Shown here: piece by piece, positions 47,322 through 56,468 of the stretch
How the letters are laid out: every line of letters begins with the position of its first letter
Numbering within the stretch: position 1 is the first letter of the stretch
Source: an uncultured Eubacteriales bacterium
Lineage (GTDB): Bacteria > Bacillota > Clostridia > Lachnospirales > Vallitaleaceae
DNA length: 64,000 nucleotides
NCBI GenBank assembly: GCA_964563505.1
Contig: CAZLXW010000008.1
Coordinates: 14,935-78,934 of the forward strand
Direction of reading: 5' to 3'
Translations under genes and position numbers: made by a program
The notes under the pieces: model-generated
What the model was told of the DNA's origin: nothing
The model's database searches: none
The model's input: only the letters and a program-made list of their open reading frames with translations

Positions 47322-48708
47322 TATGAAGATGACAAAAATACCTATGGCAGAGCAAGATCCATTGGTTCGGAATAAAAATTTTCTAGAAGTTGCGTTAGGA
47401 TATACTTTAGAAGAAGCAATAGATGAAGCTAATCGTTGTATTGAATGTAAGCACCAACCATGTAAAAAAGGGTGCCCTGTTAATATAAAGATTCCAGAAT
47501 TTATTAAAGAAGTCAAAGAAGGTAATATTAAAACGGCCTATGACATTATCACAGAAGATAACGGACTTCCTGCAATCTGTGGACGTGTCTGTCCACAAGA
47601 AAGTCAATGTGAAAGTGTATGTGTCCGTGGAATCAAAGGAGAACCTGTAGGTATCGGACGACTTGAACGATTTGTAGCTGACTGGGTTATGGCGAATGAA
47701 AAACAGGAACCACCGCATATTGAACCCAATGGCAAAAAAGTAGCTATCGTTGGTAGTGGACCGGCAAGTTTATCCTGTGCGTCGGATTTATCACGATTAG
47801 GATTTGAAGTTGTCATCTTTGAAGCGCTTCATGAATTAGGTGGCGTATTAATGTATGGAATCCCGGAGTTTAGATTGCCGAAAGACTTAGTTAAACGCGA
47901 AATTGATTTAGTGCTAGATCTAGGCGTTCATGTCGAAAAAAACGTTGTAATTGGCAAGTCGTTAGATATCGATGATTTATTTGATGATGGATATGATGCC
48001 GTCTTTATCGGAAGTGGGGCCGGATTACCAAAGTTTTTAAATATTCCGGGCGAAAATTTGAACGGAGTTTATTCATCAAATGAATTTTTAACACGCGTCA
48101 ACCTTATGAAAGCCTATGATTTCCCCAATAACCATACACCTGTTAAAATGGGAGATAGTGCCATTATTGTCGGTGGCGGTAATGTGGCAATGGATGCTGC
48201 AAGAACAGCCCAACGATTAGGTGCAAAAGAAGTTCATGTGGTATATCGACGTGGTATGGAAGAGTTACCAGCAAGAAAAGAAGAGGTTCATCATGCGATT
48301 GAAGAAGGTATTATTTTTGATTTGTTGAATAATCCCCTTGAGATTATTGGTGAAGATGCAAAAGTAACGGGAATGAAGGTTATTCAAATGGAGCTTGGTG
48401 AACCGGATGCATCTGGCCGACGACGTCCTGTTGAGATTCCGGGCAGTGAAAAAGTCATTGATGCGGATACAGTGATTATTGCCATTGGACAAACACCCAA
48501 TCCGCTATTAACAGATGCAACACCAAACCTAGAATTAAACAAATGGAATTGTTTGCAAGTGAATGAAGAAACGATGGAAACAACGGTTCCGAATGTTTAT
48601 GCGGGTGGAGATGCAGTAACCGGAGCGGCAACGGTAATCTTAGCAATGGGAGCCGGTAAAAAAGCGGCAAAAGCGATTTATAATAAATTGATTTTGGAGA
48701 AGAAATAG
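47314..48708 (+). CDS. nfnB: GltD-like NADPH-dependent oxidoreductase, NfnB-type
   Basis: Fe-S Cys motifs (CIECKHQPCKKGCP, CGRVCPQESQCE), FAD/NAD GxGxxG motifs (VAIVGSGPASL, IVGGGNVAMD) and GGDAVTGAATV. ATG 47314 overlaps the nfnA stop. The track start is 47287. Confidence 0.8.
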   Translation: MANMKMTKIPMAEQDPLVRNKNFLEVALGYTLEEAIDEANRCIECKHQPCKKGCPVNIKIPEFIKEVKEGNIKTAYDIITEDNGLPAICGRVCPQESQCESVCVRGIKGEPVGIGRLERFVADWVMANEKQEPPHIEPNGKKVAIVGSGPASLSCASDLSRLGFEVVIFEALHELGGVLMYGIPEFRLPKDLVKREIDLVLDLGVHVEKNVVIGKSLDIDDLFDDGYDAVFIGSGAGLPKFLNIPGENLNGVYSSNEFLTRVNLMKAYDFPNNHTPVKMGDSAIIVGGGNVAMDAARTAQRLGAKEVHVVYRRGMEELPARKEEVHHAIEEGIIFDLLNNPLEIIGEDAKVTGMKVIQMELGEPDASGRRRPVEIPGSEKVIDADTVIIAIGQTPNPLLTDATPNLELNKWNCLQVNEETMETTVPNVYAGGDAVTGAATVILAMGAGKKAAKAIYNKLILEKK

Positions 48709-48729
48709 AATTCTTAACAATATAAGATG

Positions 48730-48773
48730 AAAAAACTGTGCTTGACATATAAGGTGTTAAGCACAGTTTTTTT
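48730..48773. terminator. Bidirectional terminator between nfnB-like (+) and dgkA (-)
   Basis: AAAAACTGTGCTT-...-AAGCACAGTTTTTTT. Confidence 0.85.
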
Positions 48774-48792
48774 ATGATTATTTACGCTGACG

Positions 48793-49152
48793 CTAAGAAT
48801 TAAAGAAGAGTTGAATGATGTAAGGAACAAAAATAATCAAACCAATAATTACTGCGGTGATAGAGCTAATTAAAACTCCACCTGCACAAATATCTTTAAC
48901 AACTTTGACGACATCGTGGTGGTTTGGTTCAAGCCAATCGAGGGTTTTTTCAATTGCTGTATTAAAAATTTCAGATACGATGACTAAAGCAGACACCAAA
49001 TGTAAAAACAACCATTCTAAAATGCTGATATCTAAATAAAAACTCAGGATGACCATAAATAAATAAACAATTAAGTGAATTCGAAAGTTACGTTCTGATT
49101 TAAACGTGAAAATAATACCATCTAATGCATGACGCATGCTTTTTCTAAACAT
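48793..49152 (-). CDS. dgkA: Diacylglycerol / undecaprenol kinase (DgkA family)
   Basis: 119 aa with three TM segments. SERNFRIH...SEIFNTAIE...DHH..VK..KD..AG motifs. Confidence 0.88.
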   Translation of the reverse strand: MFRKSMRHALDGIIFTFKSERNFRIHLIVYLFMVILSFYLDISILEWLFLHLVSALVIVSEIFNTAIEKTLDWLEPNHHDVVKVVKDICAGGVLISSITAVIIGLIIFVPYIIQLFFNS

Positions 49153-49242
49153 GTAATAGCCCTCTCATAGTTAAATGTGCATTTTTATAGTGGTTAAGTA
49201 CTATTGTCAAGTGAAGCGTTTTCATGAATAATAGTAAGTGCA

Positions 49243-51201
49243 TTATTGATTGTAATGATCATTCATTGATGCTAATTCTTCAAGCCATAGTGTTGCAACG
49301 GCATCGCTAGGCATTCTTAAATCCCCACGTGGAGACAAACAAATGGAACCGACTTTAGGACCATCAGGTAATGCACTACGTTTAAACTGTTGTGCAAAAA
49401 AACGACGATAGAATATAGTGAGCCATTTGTATATAAGATCTGCAGTATATTTCCCTTTAAATGCATAGTTAGCCAGATACATAATTTTTGATGGTGCATA
49501 TCCAAAACGCATCATGTAGTATAAAAAGAAATCGTGAAGTTCATAAGGTCCGACAACTTCTTCGGTTTTTTGGGATATTAATCCGTTTGAAGAAGGTGGA
49601 AGTAATTCTGGTGATACGGGGGTGTTTAATATGTCGCAAAGAATAAGTTTCGCCTCTCGGGTTTCTTCATGTAGAGATACCCATTCTACGAGATAGCGAA
49701 CGAGAGTTTTAGGGATAGATACATTCACACCATACATGGACATGTGATCGCCATTGTATGTAGCCCAACCAAGAGCTAATTCAGAGAGGTCACCAGTACC
49801 GATGACAAGTCCTTTGTGTTCATTTGCCAAATCCATTAAAATTTGAGTTCGCTCACGTGCTTGTGAATTTTCATAAGTCACATCTTGAACATTTATGTCA
49901 TGGTTTATATCTTTAAAATGTTGAACAACCGCATCAGAAATAGGCACTTCAAGTATAGTAATATGAAGGGCTTTCATTAATTCAATGGCATTTTTATATG
50001 TTCTGCCGGTGGTTCCGAATCCCGGCATGGTTACGCCAATAATATCTTTTCGTTTTCGGTTTAAGAGGTCAAATGTTTTAACAGTGACTAACAAAGCTAG
50101 GGTTGAGTCTAAGCCTCCGGAGATACCGATGATTGCTTTAGGCTCACCGATATGGTTGAGACGTTTAGCTAAGCCGTGGGTTTGAATATTAAAAATTTCT
50201 TCACATCGAACGGTACGATCGTGGCTATCTGAAGGAACAAAAGGGTGTATTTGAATTGTATGATTGAGTTCTCTATGAACGTTGGCTTGATGAATGGTTA
50301 CTGTCCGACAACTTTTAGAACTGCCTATTATTTTTTTGCATTCGCGGTAGGTGTTTGAATGTAATCGGTCGTATCGCAAATGATCTAAATCAATATCATG
50401 AAACATGAACTGATTTTCAAGTTGAAAGCGTTTATTTTCAGAAAGGACTCTTCCGTTTTCTGCAATAAGAGCATGTCCGCCATACACAACATCTGTTGTT
50501 GATTCCCCATAACCGCAAGACGAATATACATAGGAGCAAAAGTGCCGAGCAGATTGTGTTTTTACTAATTCTGTGCGATATTCATGTTTTCCGATAAGTT
50601 CGTTACTTGCAGAGAGATTACCGATAACAAGTGCACCGGCCAAGGTCGTATATGTACTTGGAGGAACAGGAGCCCACAAATCTTCGCATATTTCTATTGC
50701 GAAAGTAAGGTAAGGTGCTTCTTTACTCTTAAAAACAAGATCGGTTCCAATTGGCACCATTTGTTTATTATAGGTAATCGAATCAATCATTAATTGATCG
50801 GCGCGTCCAAACCAACGACTTTCATAAAACTCATTGTATGTAGGAAGATAGGTTTTAGGAACAATACCTAGGAGTTCACCTTCATAAATAACTGCCGCTA
50901 TATTATAGACAGATTCATTAATGAACATAGGTAAGCCAACGACGAGAATTGTACGTCGATCTAAAGAATATCGTACTAGTTCATCTAATCCCTTTTTTGC
51001 AGCATCTAATACAGGGGTTTGATGCAATAAGTCCCCCAATGAATAACCTGTTATACATAATTCAGGCATAATTATTAAATCAACATTTTGATCACAAGCT
51101 TGATCATAGATTTTTTTTATTTGTTCAAGATTAAAGTTAACATCCCCTAATTTAATCGTAGGAATACCATTAGCAACCCGTGAAAATCCATAAGAATTCA
51201 T
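49243..51201 (-). CDS. nadE: Glutamine-dependent NAD+ synthetase (long form: CN-hydrolase + NAD synthase domains)
   Basis: 652 aa. An N-terminal nitrilase-like domain (PELCITGY, EICEDLW) plus the ATP-PPase motif GISGGLDST. Confidence 0.9.
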   Translation of the reverse strand: MNSYGFSRVANGIPTIKLGDVNFNLEQIKKIYDQACDQNVDLIIMPELCITGYSLGDLLHQTPVLDAAKKGLDELVRYSLDRRTILVVGLPMFINESVYNIAAVIYEGELLGIVPKTYLPTYNEFYESRWFGRADQLMIDSITYNKQMVPIGTDLVFKSKEAPYLTFAIEICEDLWAPVPPSTYTTLAGALVIGNLSASNELIGKHEYRTELVKTQSARHFCSYVYSSCGYGESTTDVVYGGHALIAENGRVLSENKRFQLENQFMFHDIDLDHLRYDRLHSNTYRECKKIIGSSKSCRTVTIHQANVHRELNHTIQIHPFVPSDSHDRTVRCEEIFNIQTHGLAKRLNHIGEPKAIIGISGGLDSTLALLVTVKTFDLLNRKRKDIIGVTMPGFGTTGRTYKNAIELMKALHITILEVPISDAVVQHFKDINHDINVQDVTYENSQARERTQILMDLANEHKGLVIGTGDLSELALGWATYNGDHMSMYGVNVSIPKTLVRYLVEWVSLHEETREAKLILCDILNTPVSPELLPPSSNGLISQKTEEVVGPYELHDFFLYYMMRFGYAPSKIMYLANYAFKGKYTADLIYKWLTIFYRRFFAQQFKRSALPDGPKVGSICLSPRGDLRMPSDAVATLWLEELASMNDHYNQ

Positions 51202-51328
51202 CGTACACCATCCTTTATTTAAACTGTAGTATTTTTCGTTCGTTCTCTATTATTTTAACATATTTTTGTATAAATTGTTGTATGTAATTGAATTATTTTG
51301 TAGAATATAAAGGAGGTTGCAATATAGC

Positions 51329-51976
51329 ATGAAAAATAAGGCATTTTTAATCTGCATAGGATTAATTTTTATTCTCATATCAGGAATCGTTTATATTATG
51401 GTAACACCGACAGGTCATGTTGTTTATCATTCAGATAGAGACGATGCATCTGTTTTAGAAGAAGTGCAATTTAACCCAGAGCTGAAAAATGAATCTGAAG
51501 AAAAAGTTTCACTAGATGTAGACAATACCGAAGATATCCTTCATAATAATATTATTGTTTATATTTGTGGTAGTGTTCAAAACGAAGGCGTATATTCACT
51601 AAGTGAAGGAGCTCGAGTCTTTGAAGCGCTCGATTTAGCCGGAGGGCTAACAGAGGAAGCGAAATCGGATTATATTAATCTGGCACGAGTGTTAGTAGAT
51701 GGAGAAAGTATTTATTTTCCAAATCAAGACGAAGTTGAAGGACTAATATCTAATCAATGGGAAACACAAGATTCAAAACAAAGTAAATACGTCAATTTGA
51801 ATCTAGCGTCGGAGTCAGAGTTGACTGAACTTCCCGGAATAGGGACAGCGAAAGCCAAAGCCATTATTGCATATCGAGAAAAAAACAATCGGTTTGAAAG
51901 TATAGAACAAATTATGGAAGTTCCGGGAATCAAAGAAAATACATTTGAAATAATTAAGGAACTTATATCCATTTAA
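51329..51976 (+). CDS. comEA: Competence protein ComEA (SLBB + helix-hairpin-helix DNA-binding)
   Basis: N-terminal TM segment, an SLBB-like VYICGSVQNEGVY, and C-terminal LNLASESELTELPGIGTAKAKAIIAYRE. ATG 51329 follows AAGGAGG. Confidence 0.88.
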   Translation: MKNKAFLICIGLIFILISGIVYIMVTPTGHVVYHSDRDDASVLEEVQFNPELKNESEEKVSLDVDNTEDILHNNIIVYICGSVQNEGVYSLSEGARVFEALDLAGGLTEEAKSDYINLARVLVDGESIYFPNQDEVEGLISNQWETQDSKQSKYVNLNLASESELTELPGIGTAKAKAIIAYREKNNRFESIEQIMEVPGIKENTFEIIKELISI

Positions 51977-51997
51977 AATAGAATAAGGATGGTTAGT

Positions 51998-52690
51998 ATG
52001 AAAAAAAGAATTTTAGTGGTCGATGATGAAAAAACAATTGTCAAAGGAATACGATTTAGTTTAGAACAAGAGGGCTATGATATTGATGGTGCCTATGACG
52101 GGGAAGAAGCATTAAATTACGCTAAGAATCATCAATATGACCTTATCGTACTTGATGTTATGTTGCCGAAAAAAGATGGGCTAGAAGTATGTCGTAATAT
52201 TCGGGAATTTTCAACGGTTCCCATTATTATGTTAACGGCAAAAGGTGAAGACATGGATAAAATATTAGGGCTCGAATTTGGCGCAGATGATTATATGACA
52301 AAACCATTTAATGTTCTTGAACTTAAAGCAAGAATTAAAGCGATAATACGAAGAAATAAATATGTGAATAAAGAAAGTGAAGATCAGATGAAGTCCCTTC
52401 TGAAAGGAGACTTAGAAATTCAAAAAGAAAGTCGTCGCGTTTTTGTAAAAGAGCAAGAAGTGAATTTGACCGCGAAAGAATTTGATTTGTTAGAACTTTT
52501 TTTAATGCATCCCAATAAAGTTTATTCGAGAGAGCAATTATTAAGTATCATTTGGGATTACGATTATCCGGGAGATGCACGAACAGTAGATGTACATGTT
52601 CGACGACTGCGTGAAAAAATTGAAGATATACCAGGTGAACCAAAGTATATTCATACTAAATGGGGAGTGGGTTATTATTATCAACAGTAA
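51998..52690 (+). CDS. OmpR/PhoB-family response regulator
   Basis: Receiver domain (ILVVDDEK, LDVMLPKKDG, TAKG, KPF) plus a winged-helix output (LTAKEFDLLELF...VDVHVRRLREKI). ATG 51998 follows AAGGA. Confidence 0.92.
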   Translation: MKKRILVVDDEKTIVKGIRFSLEQEGYDIDGAYDGEEALNYAKNHQYDLIVLDVMLPKKDGLEVCRNIREFSTVPIIMLTAKGEDMDKILGLEFGADDYMTKPFNVLELKARIKAIIRRNKYVNKESEDQMKSLLKGDLEIQKESRRVFVKEQEVNLTAKEFDLLELFLMHPNKVYSREQLLSIIWDYDYPGDARTVDVHVRRLREKIEDIPGEPKYIHTKWGVGYYYQQ

Positions 52691-54104
52691 GCGTTTTCAA
52701 AGTATACGTGTCAAATTATTTATTAGCTTTATGCTCATTGGTTTAATTACAACTATTGTCTTATCAATAGCCTTTATTTTTACGATTCAGCAACGGTATC
52801 TTACGGAAAAGAAACGTGAATTATATCGACAAGCAAATACGATTGCAATTAGCCTAGTGACAACGGGATATTTTTCAGATGAACATAATCGTTCATATTT
52901 AATGACGGTTCAAGCAAGTGTACGAGGAAGAGGTATGATTGTTGACCGAAATGGAAGTATCTTATTCGATTCAAATCATTTAGATGAAGGAAAGTCATTA
53001 GTTAATCCTGAAGTCTTGTCTGCGCTTCGAGGCAAGAGTTCATATTCTTTTTTAGAAGAAATGAATATCGGTGTCGTCACGGTTCCAATTGTTGATGTTG
53101 ATTATAGGACCGTTTTAGGTGCTGTTGTTATATCAGATTCATTTAATGATATTAGTTATTCAATCAAATATCTTTGGAATATTGCCTTATTTTTTATTGT
53201 AGGATTAACAGTGATTATATTTATGCTCAGTTATTATCTGAGCGGGTCCTTTAACAGACCTTTTCGCCAGTTATTAGATCATATTAATCGTATTACAGAT
53301 GGGCATATTGAAGAAAAAGTTCAAATTAAAGGCAACACTGAAATAGAGGAAATCACAACGGCATTCAATAATATGTTTGATCGAATTGAAGCCATCGAAA
53401 GCCATCGACAAGAATTCGTTGCTAATGTGAGTCATGAATTGAAAACGCCTATGAGCTCGATAAAAGTCTTGGCTGAGTCATTGATTCATCAGCCGGATTC
53501 ACCAATAGAAATCTATCAAGAATTTTTATATGACATTAATCAAGAAGTCGACAGAGAAACCAAGATTATTAATGACTTACTTACACTCGTCACTTTAGAC
53601 AAAAAAGATAATTCATTACGAATCAAAGAAGTTGATGTGAATCAGCTTATTGTGGATGTCATGAAACGGTTAAAGCCACTATCTGATTTGAAAAACATAC
53701 AAATGTTGTTTGAAAGTTACCGTAATGTGCAAGCCGAAATTGATGCGACTAAAATGGAATTAGCAATTACTAATCTTATTGAAAATGCAATAAAATACAA
53801 TAAAGAATACGGATATATAAATGTTGTTTTAGATACAGATTTTAAGAATTTTTTCATTAAAATCAAAGATACCGGTGAAGGTATTTCAAAAGAACATATT
53901 GATCAGGTCTTTAGAAGGTTTTATCGTGTTGATAAGACTAGATCAAGAGATACGGGAGGTACAGGGCTTGGTTTATCGATTGTTCAAAAAACAATCTATA
54001 TGCATCAAGGGAGTATAAAATGCAAGAGCGAGATTGGACAATGGACAGAATTTATTATGACAATTCCAATGAAACATATCAAACGAATTTATGAAGAGGA
54101 GTAA
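52590..54104 (+). CDS. Sensor histidine kinase (TM-sensor-TM-HAMP-HisKA-HATPase_c); start codon uncertain
   Basis: HisKA H-box FVANVSHELKTPMSS. N, G1 and G2 boxes (NLIENAIKYN, DTGEGI, GGTGLGLSIV). The coordinates give the maximal ORF. The real start is probably near 52674-52731 (see finding). Confidence 0.85.
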   Translation: MYMFDDCVKKLKIYQVNQSIFILNGEWVIIINSKRFQSIRVKLFISFMLIGLITTIVLSIAFIFTIQQRYLTEKKRELYRQANTIAISLVTTGYFSDEHNRSYLMTVQASVRGRGMIVDRNGSILFDSNHLDEGKSLVNPEVLSALRGKSSYSFLEEMNIGVVTVPIVDVDYRTVLGAVVISDSFNDISYSIKYLWNIALFFIVGLTVIIFMLSYYLSGSFNRPFRQLLDHINRITDGHIEEKVQIKGNTEIEEITTAFNNMFDRIEAIESHRQEFVANVSHELKTPMSSIKVLAESLIHQPDSPIEIYQEFLYDINQEVDRETKIINDLLTLVTLDKKDNSLRIKEVDVNQLIVDVMKRLKPLSDLKNIQMLFESYRNVQAEIDATKMELAITNLIENAIKYNKEYGYINVVLDTDFKNFFIKIKDTGEGISKEHIDQVFRRFYRVDKTRSRDTGGTGLGLSIVQKTIYMHQGSIKCKSEIGQWTEFIMTIPMKHIKRIYEEE

Positions 54105-54108
54105 GATT

Positions 54109-55029
54109 ATGTTAAAAAAATCCCTATATATTTTGGTATGCATGAGCTTGCTTACAGGATGTCAAACCGCTTCAAATCCTTTTTTTCGACAGACAAATGT
54201 ACCTCAAGTATATTTGTTCAATGATGAATCGCTATCAATAGAACCTGTTGACTTGTATTTAAAAGATATTATAGATATTGAGGACACCAACCAAGTGCTT
54301 GATTATGTATTAAGCATGTTATCACAGGGAGCCAACAGTTCGAATCTGAGTCCAACGCTCCATGACGATATAGTGCTTGATTATTACGTTTTTAATCAAG
54401 GAAATATACTCCTAAATTTTAATGACGCATATGGGCAAATGAATTCTTTTGATGAATTAATCGCAAGAAACTCTTTGGTTCTGAGTCTTGTATCCTTTGA
54501 AATGATTGATTCGGTTGAAATATTTGTTGATGAAGAAACGCTGAGTGATGATATGGGTAATCGAATAGGACTCATGACAAGTGACGATGTTTTTTTAACG
54601 ATGTATTCAGTGTCAAATACATTTACGACGAAACCGATTACCATTTTTTGTCCTTCAGATGATCCGCGATATTTAAAAGAAGAGACGGTAAATATAACCT
54701 TGCACCCAAATAGGCATCAAGAAGAACTGATTGTTGAATATTTGATTTCGAATGCATCGTGTCAATTCCTGCCAAAAGAAACTCAAGTATTGGACGTCCA
54801 AATACATGAAACGATTTGTTATGTTAACTTAAACAATCAATTTCTTGTGTCTTACTTACCGGAAGGGATTACGAGTTCAGTCGCAATCTATGGAATTGTA
54901 AATACGCTAACTGAATTAAACCATATATCCAAAGTACAGATTTTAGTTGAAGGTGAAGTCGTTAATAATTTTCAAGGGACATTTTCCTTAAAGACACCCT
55001 TAAGTAAAAATTATCAAATCGTGCGGTAA
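54109..55029 (+). CDS. GerMN-domain lipoprotein
   Basis: Signal peptide with lipobox LTGC, followed by GerM-like repeats. ATG 54109 follows GAGGAG. The track start is 54091. Confidence 0.65.
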   Translation: MLKKSLYILVCMSLLTGCQTASNPFFRQTNVPQVYLFNDESLSIEPVDLYLKDIIDIEDTNQVLDYVLSMLSQGANSSNLSPTLHDDIVLDYYVFNQGNILLNFNDAYGQMNSFDELIARNSLVLSLVSFEMIDSVEIFVDEETLSDDMGNRIGLMTSDDVFLTMYSVSNTFTTKPITIFCPSDDPRYLKEETVNITLHPNRHQEELIVEYLISNASCQFLPKETQVLDVQIHETICYVNLNNQFLVSYLPEGITSSVAIYGIVNTLTELNHISKVQILVEGEVVNNFQGTFSLKTPLSKNYQIVR

Positions 55030-55070
55030 GCAAGGAGGTAAAACGAATAAAAAAATATTTAATCAACGTT

Positions 55071-56468
55071 TTGAGTTTTCAAGGATTACTTCTTATCCTT
55101 TGTATCTATAGCATTTCTAATTATACGTTTTCTTATTTTCAGGTACTGGACTTCTTAGAAGCAAGAGATTCTAAAGACGTCTTAACATTGGATATCGATA
55201 TTAAGGAAGTTAGACAAACAGAATATGGGTATCAATGTTATTTTAAAGTCGCTAAGGTGACATCACAATCTCAACTTGTCGGCTATACCGGTTACGTCTA
55301 TATTAAAGAATATGAATTAAATCAACTTCTAAATCATTCCAAGTTATCAGAATTCAAGTATTTGGCTCATAGGTATAGGATTACAGGTCAATTTGAAAAA
55401 AACTGGTATCCTAAAAATCCCGGTCAAATACATCCGCTTATTTATTTGTTGGGGCAGCGGTCTTTCGGCAAATTTGAATATGATAACATCGAATTAATGA
55501 CAAATGATCAAGTGGAAGCGAAACAATTCTTTTCCGTATTTCAGCAAAAAAATGCCCAATATCGTCAACGAATTCGCGAAAAAGTGGATAAACAACTATC
55601 CGTTTGTTTTCGGCAAATCGAGTATGGCTTATTAAAAGCAATGATTTTGGGCGATAAAACGACGGTTGATCAGGACCTTTTAACGAGGTATTCAAGAAGT
55701 GGATTATCACATATTTTAGCGATTTCCGGACTTCATATAATGATTTTTATAGGATGTCTAGAATATATTTTTAGATTTTTCCAATGGCCTAGGAATTTTC
55801 GTTTCCGGATGACGTTTAGTATATCTATAGCCTATTTGTGGTTGCTTGGATTTATCATTAGTGCAATACGTGCTATGGGCATGGGCCTCATCCTGATTTT
55901 TACGATTGCCTATGATAAAGTGTATGTTCGAGATCGTATTTTGTATTTAATCATCTGTAGTTTTCTTATCATATTTCCAAATGCCTTATTTTCAATTAGT
56001 TTTCTCCTTTCTTTTGGAGCAGTTTTCGGTTTATTCTATCTCTATCCAATTTTGCGAAAAAAATATTATCACTTCAGAGAAAATGTCCTCTTATATTTTA
56101 TGTTTGACTCCTTGAATATAAGTCTCAGCATTTTATTAGTGACGTTTCCAATTCTTCTCTATTTTTTCAAAGGAATTTCTTTATCAGGATTTATTGTCAA
56201 TGTTTTAGTTTTACCTGTTGTCCCCTTGTTCTATATCTCTTCAATCATATCCGTCTTTGCTAGCTTCCTACATCCATTACTTGGACGTTTTCTAGCGGGA
56301 ACGGCAACAATCATATCTTCGTATATCCTATCAGTTATGCTTGTCTTAGATTTTGATTTTGGGTTTTTAAATTATGGTGCGCTATCGCTACAATATATAG
56401 TAGTCTATTATAGTGGACTCATAACATATGTTGTTTTTCAACATGTGAAAAGGGAGGAAAATGATTAA
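55071..56468 (+). CDS. comEC: ComEC/Rec2 N-terminal part (OB/DUF4131 + Competence membrane channel domain)
   Basis: A DUF4131-like OB region and then a polytopic Competence domain (GLSHILAISGLHI). The track start is TTG 55071. The RBS position suggests an earlier non-canonical start (see finding). Confidence 0.8.
   Translation: MSFQGLLLILCIYSISNYTFSYFQVLDFLEARDSKDVLTLDIDIKEVRQTEYGYQCYFKVAKVTSQSQLVGYTGYVYIKEYELNQLLNHSKLSEFKYLAHRYRITGQFEKNWYPKNPGQIHPLIYLLGQRSFGKFEYDNIELMTNDQVEAKQFFSVFQQKNAQYRQRIREKVDKQLSVCFRQIEYGLLKAMILGDKTTVDQDLLTRYSRSGLSHILAISGLHIMIFIGCLEYIFRFFQWPRNFRFRMTFSISIAYLWLLGFIISAIRAMGMGLILIFTIAYDKVYVRDRILYLIICSFLIIFPNALFSISFLLSFGAVFGLFYLYPILRKKYYHFRENVLLYFMFDSLNISLSILLVTFPILLYFFKGISLSGFIVNVLVLPVVPLFYISSIISVFASFLHPLLGRFLAGTATIISSYILSVMLVLDFDFGFLNYGALSLQYIVVYYSGLITYVVFQHVKREEND

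Noticed and set aside
47058-47516. A 152-aa ORF on the - strand spanning the nfnA/nfnB junction, plus 77-aa and 74-aa neighbours.
   Set aside because: They are fully embedded antisense to two well-supported genes, and show no RBS and no recognisable domain. These are typical shadow ORFs.
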